Shown here: positions 13,548-28,145 of the stretch, in pieces
Layout: every line of letters begins with the position of its first letter
Numbering within the stretch: position 1 is the first letter of the stretch
Source: Bispira polyomma
Lineage: Eukaryota
Length of the DNA: 64,000 nucleotides
Direction: 5' to 3'
Assembly (NCBI GenBank): GCA_965649765.1
Contig: OZ287748.1
Location: 86,490,001-86,554,000, forward strand
Position numbers and translations under genes: made by a program
Notes under the pieces: generated by a model
What the model was told of the DNA's origin: nothing
Databases searched by the model: none
The model's input: only the letters and a program-made list of their open reading frames with translations

Positions 13548-16086
13548 GTATGTATCCTTGTAATTGTGGAGGTTTAGAGGCTGGTTATCATCCAGAGTGA
13601 GGTCACAAATGATTTTACAATTTATACCACAGCCTTGGTTCTTACGCTTGTCCAATCTCAGCTCCCTCATAGAGCATAATGGCCATGCTGCTCAAACACT
13701 ATCATGCACGAATTAGCAGCCAGGTACCTATTTATACACCTTATTCCTGTCAGTGTATTAACAAACTTAGTTGCAAGACACCAGAAAACCCACCAGAAAA
13801 GAATGTCTGAGGGGTTACTGGACTGCCATTTTTTCAAATAGTATTCGGCTTTTAAACATTACTGATTTAAACTACAAGGTTTAATAACTGATATGATGGG
13901 GGTATTCACTTATTTTTAATGCGGGGAAGAAGCAAGAGGCTAGGACTGTTACTTAAAAGTAATATATGTGAATATTTAATTATCAGTGATTAAGCAAACA
14001 TTAGTGCACACTTTGCTTTGCAGGCTGGACAATTATGTGATGTATTAGTTAATTCAGGTTATATTTAATTCGGTATCTTTAATTCTAAAGGATATCTGAA
14101 CCAGTCTTTCTGTCCACACATACATGTATATTCTGTGCTGGGCTCATGCCATATCGCATGTAAAGGATTGCAGGGTAAGGGACCCTCTCCACCAAGGCAA
14201 ATATTCAACAACATTTTTGTTGGATTGATTTAAGCTGTACAGTGAATATTCGTCCATTTCTTTTTAAAGAGAAAACAAAAAAAAAAAAAATAACAAAAAA
14301 CACAACAACCATGCCCTCCTCAAGTGACTTTAAGGCTTTCACAACACACACATATAAATATACTCAAGTAAATATTAAATATTATACACCTTCACTCACA
14401 AAAATATAGGGCAAAAAGAACTAGTGAAAGGATTTAATCAGTCGTGGCCTTCATTTTGTCCACTTTTTGACAAAAGGCAGCACTCTAACGTTGGAGAGGG
14501 AAACCTGCCCTGTATAAATAACACAAGACATGTTTTTAGGATCAAGGAAGGTTTACATATCTTTTGTATCTAGCTTATTTATAAATCTCTGCTCTCCTAG
14601 TAAATATATCTGGCTATATAGACAATATTTGTATGTGGTGGAATTCTATTCAGACAGACACTATTAAAAACACTGAATGTAACAAGTTTCCATTAGTTTT
14701 ATTATATCTATATATATATATACCTTTGTATATAATAATAAAAGGGTTAGTATCAGTTTACACAGTTATGCTAAAATACAGTGCATGAAAAGCTATCCTA
14801 ATCTGATCTTAAACTGATAAGTTAAGAAAAAAATTATTGTAACATTATGAATAAGAGAAATTTATATTTTAAAACAACAACTATATATAAATAAATTTCA
14901 TATTGCAGACATTTTTCTGGTGTATTGGGTTTATTTTTTAAGGAATTTGTAATTCATACATGACATAAACTTATCTTTAAGAGCAATAGGGGTAACTTTA
15001 CAAAGGCAAAGAGTGTCACCAAGTTATTGTCAGCTCTATCAGTCAGACCCCCCCTTATCTTTGCCTGTGGCCAAAGTAAGTCAGAGACTAAGCTTAAAAT
15101 GTAAACTTAACTTCATCCTGCAAAAAAAACCTACATGTCAGTATAAAGGGTTCAGAATTTGACAACTGTAAAGTTCCATCTTTAATTTTTATAATATTTA
15201 GAACCTGTAATAACAGCTCAAAGAACACTTGTATGTTCACTTAAAAATTGCAAATCTTAATAATAATATCATGCCTGAAATTCCGAAAGCTGGCTGACCT
15301 TTCCCTACCCAACCTGGTATATCTATACAGGGAACATGACTGTAGTAGCCTTTTCTGAAGAATTTGAAAATGTGAAATAGATTCTTGATTGACATTTTCA
15401 CATAAGATTTTCAAGAAGTTCAGAATGGAGTTAACATACAAATTAATATATACTGATAACTTGTTGTTAAGTTAAGTCTGGACTGGTTCAGGAATATTTG
15501 TCTCAGAAATAGATCCAAGTCCATGAGGTCTGTTGTAAACAAGCTTTACTTTCTCCCCCACGGAGGTCCAATGCTGTTCACAGAAATTCTTGAACTTGAG
15601 ATCTCATGACAACTGCCAAATATATATTTATAGTCTATACTTTACATAGAGCTATGGATCCTATAATACATATTTGTTGAAGTTTGACTTACCTATTGTG
15701 TAAAGATAATTGGTCTTATAAATGTTGATCATGTGTTGTAAAAATATGTTTGCAATTTACTTACACTGAAATCTATATTGTAACAAACCATTAGGGAACT
15801 TGTATTTATTTTGGCACTTTTACCCTTTTGTAATAATGGACCATACCTGTCCGCAACATTGCCTTAAAGTTGCACTATCCTTAAGTCAACCGAGTTGTTT
15901 AGTTCCTGCTAAATATAGTTCTCGATCTTTAAATAACATTTTGGCTGATTCAACATATCTCAATGTACATTAATACAAATATTATGAACATTACAAGGTA
16001 AAAATTAACCTTTCATTTGTTGCAGTGGCAGGCTTTATTATGGGACTTATCAAAACTAGGGCTAAAATCCGAAATATTGTACAAAA

Positions 16087-16345
16087 GTGGTCTCTGTGGC
16101 CTTGTGGTTAGAGTGTTCAACTTTCGATCAGAGGGTGCAAGGTTCAATCCTCGCTTCTGGCCTGGAGTTTGTCCCCTTGGACAAGGTACTTTGCACAAAG
16201 TTGTCACTCTCCACCCAAGTGTATATAAATGGGTACCTGGCCGCTAATAGGTGTTAGTCTCTTTCGCTGTATATATAACAGGAAGCTAAGAGTAAAGTTG
16301 GATGACCTTACTAGGGGTGATATGAGACTATAAACCTACACATTT
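16087..16345 (+). mobile_element. tRNA-derived CORE-like SINE (family 1)
   Basis: tggccttgtggttagagtg...ggttcaatcc (B-box), cccttggacaaggtacttt...ccacccaagtgtatataaatgggtacc; 3' end shared with the 8355 copy. Confidence 0.85.
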
Positions 16346-19300
16346 AGATTTACAATATGTTGAACAACTTATTGACTCATACAGAGTCATATGATTTGGT
16401 GGAGACCCCTCCTTATATAACTCCCACTTAATTGGTTACTAACTTTGCAACAAACTCTTTGGTAAAAGTAGCTCTTAAAATAATAATGATGCTTCATTGT
16501 GGGCGTACTTTGTCACACTTCTAGTAACTTCTTCAAGAAATTACAAGTGTTTTTTGGGTGTTATAAAAAGAGTTTAAAATAACTTTATAAGATGCATAAT
16601 TAGAACATGATATTGATAAACTGATAACTGAAACTGTGTCAGGTGGAAATACAACACTCCCTCTTGTCAGGGATGCTGAATTTGAAGATGGTGCAAATTT
16701 TAAACGGGTAAGGTGCCCTTGGTTCTTACATTATAATATAGATGAGGTAGCTTTTGTAGACGTAAAAGAGCTGTCAAAGGCTTTACTAAGGTCAAACGAA
16801 AACCGACATTTGATTTACTTTACTCAATAAAGCATTTCATTTGTTACATATATATATACATTTAGTATATCTGTGGTTTGGTTCTTCATTTATTATAAAT
16901 ATATAACCGAATTTTTTAACATTTTGTAAAAATTATTGAACTATATCTCCAACAATAAATACTGCTTTTTCAATTCAACCAACTTTTAGTCCTTCAAAAA
17001 CTATGTGAAAAGTTTTTTAAAAAGTTAGGGAAGGTGAAAGAAGGCATTGGAGACAAATACCTTCCGTATGATGCAGAAGTAGTGGGCTATATATCATGGA
17101 ATAAACGAACAATAGAAGCCAACTAGTCTCTGAAAAGAAAGGCAAGCCTTTGATGGGTATCAGAAACCACCAGAATGTAGTACACACAGGTACCTAGTCT
17201 TGTCTAAAGGCTCTAATACAACTTTTAATTGATTCACTTTATTATAGTGACATGCAATTTACAACAAAAAATAAGTAAAGAAAACATTCAATATCATAAT
17301 TGTCCGGCCCCGGTGAACTTATAATTGACCTCAGTTACAGTATACATGCATAAGGTTAATAAAACAAGCTTTACTCTCAATATAAATGTTTATAAAATAT
17401 GAGAGGAATACAATAGTAAACATAGTAGAAAGAACATTCTAATTCACAATTCAACAAGTCTATAATACTTATCATACCAAGAGTTGAAACACAAATACCA
17501 TTGCTATCTAGCTATAGCTACATTGATTTAACTGGTTTCTAGAAGGCGCTGAATCATATTTTGGATGATATTCTAACAAATAATCAATTAAACAAGCAAT
17601 AATTTTTAAAACGTATTAGAATTAATAAAAAATACACTATGTTGTGCACCCCTTTGTACAATGTCACACGTTGGTCAATTGTATCCAAAGCTTGGTGGAG
17701 GTCCTTCTATTGTCTGTAGCATCGTCTATTTGTCTTTATAAAGTCTACTACTACTACTACATCTAGTTTTAAACACATATGTTTAAAGCTCACTATTATT
17801 ACATCTTTTGTTACTAAGTCATAAATTACAAAAATGGAGGGAGAGGAGAGATCATTTCAAGTTTAGAGACATAGGCAAGGCCAATGGAAACCACGAAACA
17901 GGTTGTATGGAGGGGATGGGGGGCGGGTGGTGTCTGATACAAACTCTTGAAAATAAGAGGTACATAGCAATTGTAGACCTAAGACACTATTGTGTGTGTG
18001 TATGTGTGGAAGGTGGGTGTCAAATGTTGTGCAGAGACAGAAAGGCACTGAGACACATACAAACATAGAGGTTTCAAGTGCAGTATGCTCTCTATACACA
18101 AAATTGGTGTAAGCCCTAGTTTTACCACCCTCCTTATAAGACACCCCCCTCCTAACCACCCCCTAACAAACACCCCCCCCCCCTCTCCTCACATCACCAC
18201 AGCTGTGATTATTTAGCATTAAATTTAACAGTAATCTCTAACATTGGTTGAAAACAACAGTGGTTATCAAATAGATGCTTTCAAAAAATGCAGATTTTAC
18301 ACTTATTTGAGCAGAAATGTCAACTTAACTCAGCTTTTTTAGTCAATCAAACCCCTACTGTTGTTAGAGGTGCAGTGTGTTTTTTCGAGCCAACTTGTAT
18401 GCAAATTTGTCTTGACAAAGTTCTCAGAAGAGGAAAATGTCAACGACATTTGGCGGGACACTTGGTGTGAACGTAAATTTGGCCTATTTTCAACTAAGGA
18501 AAGTCAACTTTGACCATCTGTGGAGGTGCAAGCTTATAATTAGTTGTCCATGTGTTAAATTATTGTCACAATGGCATACTAACTAAATATGAGTAAATTA
18601 TACTTATCATCTACCATTGGAACAATTGGAACAATTCTGCTAAAGATACATCTAAAGAAGTGAATATAATTTGACCATAAAAAGTCACAATGTCTAATAT
18701 TTAGAAGCCAAAACAAAAGGTCTCTGTGTTTTTTTTGGGGGATGGGGCTTCAGGCCTGTCACATTTGAAGTGGAAGGAACTTCTAATTAATTTTCCCTTT
18801 AAGTCTATTTTAGATAGTGGGTGTCTGACAAAAAGCCCCCCTCTCTCCACAAATAAAAATAAAACCTGTTGGTGTGATGATTCATAGCCTACTCTAGCCT
18901 TGTAAAGTCGTTACTAGGCTTTAACTTTGTCTTCAAAAGAGTCAGGCAAACTGAGTATACTGCAGTACAGTCCAGACATTTATCATCAAATGAATATCTT
19001 TGAAAATTACACTGTCATTACATACCCACCACATGAGCCGATGACACACATGGCATCCATGACAAACATCCCTAAAAATAGAAATTTCTCCAAAATCTAA
19101 TTTCTGTTCACATGAGGAGGGATGGAGTGATGGTTACATAGAGATATATCATACATATATGATAGTTTACCAGTCTGTGACATATTACCCATGTGCAATG
19201 TTACTTGGCAAAATTTTATTTTAATGTCAGATCATTAGAAGCAGTATTTGCAAATGTGAAGAAAACTTACATCCAATCTAGTTTAATTGTATGGTTCTTT

Positions 19301-19435
19301 TTTGTCTTTGGATCATATTTGCCTGGACTCAGTCTGCAAGTTGTTTATATTCAGCATTTTCTATAAATTACAAAATATACAATTATATCCACAAGCTAAT
19401 GATAATACTATATGATATCACAGACCACATAATTT

Positions 19436-19660
19436 GGGGCCTTAATGGTGTAGTAGTAAGACACTTGTATCTCACCTCTACCATCATGTGTTCGAATCTC
19501 GTCTCTGATGGGGGGATTTGTTGGCATTAGACTTGCTGAAGGTTGGCGGTTTGCTGAGCAAAAAGACCTTTACCAAACTATCTAGTTTTGATTTCCTCCA
19601 CCCATAATTTGACACAAATGGTGTTAGAAGCAAGATATTATACCCAAACTCAACTAAACA
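19436..19660 (+). mobile_element. tRNA-derived SINE family 2 (V-SINE-like body)
   Basis: ggggccttaatggtgtagtagtaagacac...tgttcgaatctc (B-box), gacttgctgaaggttggcggttt...tttcctccacccataa. Confidence 0.78.
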
Positions 19661-20898
19661 TACACCTCCAATTACTTAGCCATATTCTTTTACTCCTGAG
19701 CTTTATAAGCTTTTGTGAAATAAAAGAATTCTGTGTACAAAACTAAATCCCATCCCAGGCTGTGAGACCAGCTTTCTCTGAGTAGGCATTAATCTCTGTA
19801 AGATTCCCCACCCCCACCGTCCTGTCGCCTCCAATCACCCTAAAAGAGGCTCAATGCTCGGATAAATGGAGGCAGCCCAGCCCCCTACCCCAGGGCAGTA
19901 CAAACAACTTAAAGACAGAGGGAAGAGTTTTTTATGTGGTTTCCAAGACAGTCTATTCAATAGGAGTGACTCCTCCCTCTCCCACACTCGACAAATTTTT
20001 TGAATAAAAAAAATAATCCAGAAATGTCACCATCATTGTGTTAATCACATTACTTTCACAACTGTGCAATCCTTTTCAGCAGTTGCTCCCAGCATTTTGT
20101 AGTGAATGCTCAGTAACTAGGGGATCTTGTCATTTAGACAAGTTGATAGCTTAAGTTTATACAATGATACAGCTTTTGTTATGTTTTACTACAAAATTTG
20201 CAATCAGTTATGTGTTTTGATATCTTCCTTAATGAGATATTAATGACGTAAGTTAAAAATTTTTTTATTGCAATATATCTCTGTTGTTTAGAAATATTAA
20301 AGGTAAGTTACATAATCACTTTAAGTTGTTGCCATTAAAGTTGGATAGTTATTCTAAATTTAACTGCTGAATAAAATGTTAATGCTGCTCAAATAATGTG
20401 CATTACAGTGTGGCTTGCGCAGATGGCTTTGGATTTGGGGGTAAAATTCTACTCTTGAAGTAAAAGCAAGAGAAATAGATGGGTAGTGTTTTCTCATGGA
20501 AAAATCCTGTAAAAAACCCAAAGGAATATATGTTTAAACTGACAATATGTTTTATTTTACCACTAAACTCTGCATTAGGATAGTAAATATATGAAATGTT
20601 TATAGAAGGGCAAAGGGAAATGATCAAAAGAAAAGGATAAAAAAAGGTTTGTTTAATATCAACAAAATATTTTTTTTTAAATTGTTTTCGATGAATATAT
20701 TTTATTTATGAATATATGTCATATATCTTTCTGTGATGTGACAAAATACTTTCCTGGGGATAAATAAATACATTAGGTTCTTGTGTCATGTTTATATAAT
20801 ATATGTATTTTATACATAGGTTTCTTTATATAAAACTCACACACATATAATTGTTATTCAGCCAGTATATTCTTACTTTTGAGTGGTTGTCATTTCAG

Positions 20899-20932
20899 GC
20901 TTGAAGCTAGCTGAAGTGCTGAACAACATCAG
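20899..20932 (+). CDS. INF2: Formin exon C (34-nt microexon): (G)LKLAEVLNNI(R)
   Basis: Acceptor catttcag at 20898, donor AG|gttggt at 20933; phase 1 in, phase 2 out, exactly bridging exons B and D; similar to INF2 GLQLLDVLARLR. Confidence 0.88.
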
Positions 20933-22563
20933 GTTGGTGTTTTTAATCACCATACTTTTTATTTGTCTTTGAAAATCTGAGATATGATCTACATATAAGA
21001 TCAACCTGAATCATAATAGTGCATCTAAAAAAAGTGTAGGCTTTGTAAAACTGTACAATTGTTGATTTCCAAATATAGATTAAAAATGATGATGCATGCT
21101 TCAATTTGTTTTTATTAAAAGATCACTGTTAAAATAAATAGATATACAAACATAAGCAAAATCTACAATGACAATACCTACAATTTTAGAACTAATCAGA
21201 ATCAAGTTAAGAGTAAACCTAACTTAGACATAAAAAAGGCCTTTGATAGCGTTCAACTTCTCCATTGTATCGTATATTTTTTTCAACCTTTCTGTTCGTT
21301 CTGCTATTCTATCTTCACGAGAGGTCTCTTGTAAAAGTATTAACATAAATAGGCCCCTTTAACTTGCTTGTCTGCAGAACTGACATTTTCTATTTAATTA
21401 TGAAAAAAAAGTATATATGTATATGGTTGATGATCATCATACACTGTTTTATATACATATGTATTTATACGTTGAAGTCACCGTTAAATATAATATGTAT
21501 GTCTGAGTTTTATGATGCAAATGATTAACCACAGCGTGACCTGAGCTAAACTTTGAATGATTAAAGTTATGGCAATAGTTGGTTCGCCTAATTATGAGAT
21601 CACACTGTGGTAGAAGCAATTGGTGGGTTTTTGCTCTTGATGTGATTTTTATGTCTTTGTAAAAATCTTTTTGTAAAAAAAAAACAAAAAAAAACTTAAC
21701 CATAATATTGACAATTATGGGTGATGTGTATTTTTATTTATTATTTGTACATCCAAATAATAAGGATATCCCATGCCTCTATGCTTGTTTGCTGAAAGCA
21801 ACCAGTAATTTATCCAATTTGACCAATTTCTATACATCCAAAGTGCATGTGTACATGTATATTAGATCTACAGTGTAGAGGTGTATATATTTGATAGGCT
21901 TCAACATTTTTCTGTGTGACCATTATTATATGATGATTTTTCAGTGGGAAATTACACAATCAAAAAACCAATCATGTGATTTATCTGTGTGAAATGTCAA
22001 TACAAAATTTCTCAGAATTTTTTTTTTTGAAAAGGATAAATTATGAACCACACTGAATATTTGTATATAAAATATACACGTCAGTCCTGTTATGACATTA
22101 ACACGTTTTCAATTAGACCAGATAGACCATGAAATAAATGATTAATTCATAGAGATAACAAAATATAGCCTCAACAAGCTAATGTCAAATATGAACTTCT
22201 AAGGGTTGCCTGTGCTTGGCTTTTCAGTTACAAAGTAAACAAAATTTAGTTCAAAATAGTCGAAGGACCAAAGGAATGAAAATGTAACCAACTTGTAAGA
22301 TCATCATAAAATGGTTCTTGGTAACATTTTTTTTACTACTTTTAAACATTTTATATTTTTCAGTAAATTTGTCTTTTAAAATGTGACCATCGCAACAATA
22401 GTATACTACAGGAAACAGTTAAAAGGATATACCTTTATTCATTTATTGGACATAATTGCTGTTTTCATTGATAAAGTTGACCATTATAGAAATCTTCAGG
22501 CCCCACAAAAAAGATTGCTCAATATATACTGGTACTTTGATTAGGCCAGAATCTTAACCATAA

Positions 22564-23006
22564 GTGAGCGTTTCCATGCAGGCAACTTTCTGAGGCGACC
22601 AGCCGACGTATAGCAGGCAATTTTCAATTTTTATGTTTCTATACAATTATTTGAGAAAATAGATACCTGCATTTAAACCTGAATATCTCAGCCATTTCTC
22701 AACCAATTTTGATGCAACAAAAAGCACAATATACCCGATAACATAAGCTTTCTCACCATATTTTCACAATATTTATACCTTCAGTATTTTTTGAGTTATT
22801 TAAATAAAACGGCAATGTTTACAAGGCGACGGGCAATGCCAGGCGATTTTTTTCGCTCCTAGTACCGAAAAAATCGCCTGGCATTGCCTGTCGCCTATCG
22901 GCGTTGCTCACATGGAAACACTTGGTTATAAATCAATGAAACTGATAGAATCGCCGTCGGCCGTCGCCTGATCGCCTCAGAAAGTTGCCTGCATGGAAAC
23001 GCTCAC
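22564..23006. mobile_element. PIF/Harbinger-type MITE, 443 bp
   Basis: ~45-bp nearly perfect TIRs (GTGAGCGTTTCCATGCAGGCAACTTTCTGAGGCGA...), TAA target-site duplication at 22561-63 and 23007-09. Confidence 0.9.
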
Positions 23007-23653
23007 TAAGGAAGTTATATTGTAAGGACAGAAAGATTGACCATCTTCACATGCTAAATTGCAAAAATGATTTAATTTCCAAGTCTCTATATAAAAAATC
23101 TAAAATATGTTTGGGTGTTTCTCTAATGTCACGATTATTCTATAATAAACATTTTCAATATTTCATGTTATGGTGACCCATTGACACTATCATATCACAA
23201 CACTTAGGATGTTATAACTGGTCTGGCTTTGTCTTAGTTACATATCCCTGGCAAAATGTATTTGCTATTTTACATCATAAAGTAGTTTACCGGCGGGTTT
23301 TTCTGTTAAACATAATGTGCTCGTACAAGTTCTGGCTAAGATATTTTGCAAACTGTTTTTTTTTTCTTTGGTTTTAAAGCCTCTGGCTTCTTAAATCCAG
23401 AACATACATGAGCTCATTATGGAAACTTGTTGGAACCTTACTGTACATGTCACTAAAAAAACTACTGAACAGATTTATATGAAAATTAATTAAGGGAAGG
23501 ATCAACTAAGGATTTGGTTAAAACGGCGGATCTATAATTTTTGTTTTACTTTTTAGCATTCGTTGGTTTTACACCAGTAAGTGCTTTCTGCACATATGTT
23601 TAACTGTTTCACTTTCCTGGTATTTGCCATGCCAAAAATGCTGCTATTACTTA

Positions 23654-24299
23654 TGACATGGTCACATTGAGTACGTTCGCATTATGTTGATTTTTTTCGT
23701 AAACGGGAAAACATGGAGTGAAAAACTGTGGGAAAATCTGGAAACGTAGCAAAAATCAAATGTATGGGCCATTTTGTACACATTGAGTATGCATCTGTAC
23801 ACGTTTGCAAACACATTTAATATGTTTTAATAGCCATTTCAATTATGTTTACTCGTTGGCCACGTTTTAATGATACGTTAGCCTCGTTAGTCTCGTTTTT
23901 AGAAATACGTTAGCTATGCTTCTAAACCCGTTTCAGTCCCGTTCTCCTCATTTTTAACATTTGTAAACCCATTTCGTTCTCCTTCTCCTCGTACTTAATA
24001 TTATTTGTAGGTATAGTTCATTTTATTCTCGTCCTTTATGTCAAATACGAATTGAATACGTGTCATATGTTTGCCACAAACGCACCACCCGTTTCCAGGA
24101 AAATTTTTAGCAAACGGCTAAAAACATAAAAAATTTCGAGCAGTCCAATAATTAAGATTAAAAAAAAATGGTAAATACCGAAACTTAAGGTACCATATTT
24201 TACTTACGCTTACTCACGTTACTTACTTTCACTACGTTTTAGCTTACATTAGCCATTTTTCATGCGTAAGTGAAACGTAAGGTCAGTGTGACGACAGCA
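23654..24299. mobile_element. Older Harbinger-like non-autonomous element
   Basis: CpG-rich block with many acgtt submotifs; degenerate TIRs tgacatggtcacattga / tcagtgtgacgacagca, flanked by TTA and TAA. Confidence 0.5.
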
Positions 24300-26074
24300 T
24301 AAAGCTGAATATTTATAAACACACAAATGTACGTGCTGGTCTCTTTTATTAATTGATTAAACAAGTATATGTACCATCGGTTATATTGTAATAATGAGCA
24401 ACCACTAATAGCCTTTTTTTACCCTAATTTGTTATCTATTAAAGAGGTCATGTTTTCACTCATGTCTGTTGGTGGGTCAGTTTTTTAGTCACCAAAAGTT
24501 ACTGAACTGATTCAGATGATACAATTAGGTAGAGAAATGGGGTATGGGCCAAGGAATATATATATATTTTTTTTATAAATACAGTTAGAAGGACAGATTT
24601 AGTATTTATTTGTTTTAACTTGTTTGCCACTGTGGCGCCCTGGCGATGGTATGTTATCTACTGAATTACCTTCTTCGTCTTGTTGTTATGAACATCATAA
24701 GCAAAATCAAAGCCAAGTGATCATGTTAAAACCGAGGCTCTCGATAAATTAAGTGATGTTACACAAATCAAGTGTATTTATATACATGTACTGTTGTTAT
24801 TGCCAGGATTGTTTATCGTAGGGAAAAACGAACTAACATTAACCTTAGTTATCAACAGAATTATAAAATTTACAGGAACTGGTCTGAAGTTTATGATATC
24901 AACGAGTGAGTTTAAACACACAACTGGTTTATTTATACATCATCGACGACCTCAGGGAGGTAGGTCATTGTAGCTTTACAGAGGAAATCTGTGACGAGTG
25001 TATTTCCTACGTGGGGGAGCATGCATTGTGTGTATCTGATAAACTACACAAAACTTACCAACAACCTTAACTGATGAATCATTATTTCTTAGAAGAAACT
25101 TTTGTGTCTATTAATATAACTTAATGAGGGTTCAAGTGCTGCAGTTAATGTGACACATTTGTGAACGAAGTAGATGTAGTATAATTATTTAATAATAACA
25201 AAAATAAACCAACCCACTCTATATATATAATTTTGTTATGTGTGCATATAGCTTGCACAAACGTGATACCAACGTCAAAACCTTTTGGATTATATTTTAA
25301 GCCTTTACACAGGAAAATACTGATAAAAACATTATACAACCAACAGCTATGTGCAACACAAAGAATGTTTTAACAGAGATTGTTCAAACAACAGTAATCT
25401 GAATAGATTAGCCCACATTTAGCCTCGGATCCAGAAGTACTTTGTATGTCATATATGTCACCTCTGGTTAATGCTCTCTTTTAAACCTTCTACAAGTTTT
25501 GATTTGTAGTTGACTTAAACTTGTATGCATTTTGATTTTATAAAGTCTCCGAGTAAACACTGTGTTAATATTGATATGTCACTATTTATGTTTGTAACTT
25601 CTGGTGTACATTTAATTTGAAATCTGTTGTTATTATTATCCAGTTTATTCAAAGTCAGACATTTTTTTTATTTGGTACAGAGGAAATATGTCATACAGAA
25701 AAAGTTTGACTTGATTATTAAGAATCTATTTCATTTAACCAACTTGTAAAGAGCATTTTGACGCTATTTTGGAACTAAACATACCACAAGAAAAAGTTTA
25801 AGTGTGTGTTATAAAAAAATATATTTGATTGTTGGGTGAAACTCAACCCCATGCTAGGAAATAGCAAAGAAATAGGTGAAACTACCTTTGTGAACTAGTA
25901 AAAGAAATGAGAGGAATATATTTTGGTCTCAGTGGGCCCAAAAAGAGCTAACCTTAAAACCACATGGCACATCCGGCTGTGGTATTAATCTGCTAGATGT
26001 ATATAGTCTTTCCCGAGGCTTTCAAATTGGTTGTTTTTTATTCAAATTTATCTACCGCCATCTGGTATTAATAG

Positions 26075-26340
26075 GGAAAGTAACCATTTTCTTGACTACC
26101 TAAGTATAGTCAACCAGTATCAGTAACTGTCATTCCCATACCTAAAGATACAGGCTTGGGGATGTTCTCACCAAATGCTTCAATTATTATAAGTTATTAT
26201 AATTATTATTTGACCTGCCACTGGGGATATGACCCAATAATAGAGGACAAATTCACTTTCTGGATTACCTTAGTATAGCCAACTGGCACCAGTACCTGTC
26301 ATTCTTTTTAATGAATGAAGACAGGGGCTTGGGGAAGAAC
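26075..26340 (+). repeat. Diverged direct duplication (~180-bp period)
   Basis: tttcttgactacctaagtatagtcaaccagtatcagtaactgtcattc...ggcttgggga repeated at ~26078 and ~26257. Confidence 0.7.
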
Positions 26341-26424
26341 ATTTATCAGGACCCTTAAGGTTCTTTTACCCTACCACTGTGGATAGGATCCAATAACAGA
26401 TGACTGCAATCTATCCATTGTGTA

Positions 26425-26512
26425 GTTACATGTACCTGGTCGCCCCAAGACACCGGGTTCGAACCCATATCCTCTGTGTTCCTATAATCGAGTATGTAAC
26501 TCACTAAGCTAC
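26425..26512 (-). mobile_element. tRNA-derived SINE head fragment
   Basis: Reverse strand gtagcttagtgagtt (A-box) ... gggttcgaacccggtg (B-box). Confidence 0.55.
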
Positions 26513-28103
26513 AGTATAGCTGAATTTTTGTGTTCGTCAAACATAGATATGTTGTTAGTCGTTGAAGAGTAGATTGATTGACTTATATTATCTGGATAAT
26601 TAATATATGAGAACGTTATGTAAAATAAAAGCCCCTGTGAAGAAATTTCTGTTGTAAATAAAATGAGGCTTTCGGACAAACTTTGAGCCCCCAGTTGAGG
26701 CTAATATATAAACGAACTACATGGAATAGGTGTTTTAGAAACATTCCACCACCCACACGAGGCTTATATCCACTGAATATAATTATAATACCCACAACAG
26801 AATGCAAATGATCCCCCCTTCCACCTTCATCTCTGTCTTTCTCCCTCCAAATTTGTTTGTAGGAAACAAATAATGTGACACTGATGTACACATATACAAT
26901 CATTCAGAGTCAATGTTTTTTTGGCCCGTCCATTTTTTTCCTGGAAGAATGGGACAGTTTTACAAACAACAAGATGATTATTCTGTATAATGTACGGGTA
27001 TTTAATGATTGAGAAGAGGGGGGGGGGGGGGGGGCTGTACTGCACTGCTGAAAAAGAACAATTATAGGAGACATCAAAACAATGAATCTACCTGATTATT
27101 GGGGGTCAATGTTTTGGTAAAAGATATATAAATGGCTGTGTAAGTGCTAGTGTGTCAAATCTAATTTCTCATATTAACATATCAAATGACTTGGGATGGT
27201 ATGTCAGACTTTTATTTTTTTAATTCTTCATGTCTTGTTTAGTTTTAAATGTTCACGTGTACTAAGCTAATGGCTCAATATTATGTCAATCAGGCTGGAT
27301 ATACAAATATCTAATATAGAGGCTTTTATTGCACATTGGGATCTCATTTTTTTTTAGTTAATCCATCACTGACAAATAGATCTATCCATATGGTAGATTT
27401 TTTAGACTTTTAAACTCACTTATGGGATATCAAACTACCACAACACAGACAGTTAAACTGTAAGTATTTATAGTATTATACAGTCTAGTTTTTGGTACTC
27501 ACTGTTGTTTTTTTTTGTTTTTTTTTTGTATGGTGTTTTAATATTCTCAGAAAACTTAGATGAATGACTGACATATTGGTATTTCTTGTTCTGGAAGTTC
27601 TGTGTGGTTTTAAGGGGATATTTCTGTCTTTGTAGACAAAATAGATAGTAGCCTTCTTCAAGGCTTTGTTTATCAGTTGGACAATATCTAAGATTTTTAA
27701 CATAATCACTAATTGCATTTTAGATCAATAAAAAGGTAAATCATGAATTATTTGTAAGGGGGTGGTGGCTTATAGAGATATTGATGTACTTAAACCATTT
27801 TTTTTTTCTTTATCTTTATCGAACCGTTTATGTTTCAAATAGATATTACATAACATAGAAACATGCTAAAATTTATGGGACATATTTCTGCAAGACATTA
27901 ATATATTGCACGACTATAACTAGCTTCATTCTGGCGGAGAAATACTTTCATAAAACAGCAAAGTCTAGAGCTGTATTTGTTTACAAAAATTGATGACGTC
28001 ATGACGATGTGATTAGCTTAATTATATCAAATTTTAACATCACTTCTAGTGTTAGGTTGTTTACATCTATGAGTAGTCATGGTAACAAACAATATCTACA
28101 CAC

Positions 28104-28111
<8 letters not shown>

Positions 28112-28143
<32 letters not shown>
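28112..28143. repeat. (AT)n microsatellite
   Basis: About 16 AT units. Confidence 0.95.

Positions 28144-28145
<2 letters not shown>

Noticed and set aside
16087-16160. tRNA-like sequences (also 8355, 19436, 37080-37150, 48700-48773)
   Set aside because: A/B boxes without an intact cloverleaf, followed by shared SINE bodies; these are SINE heads, not tRNA genes.
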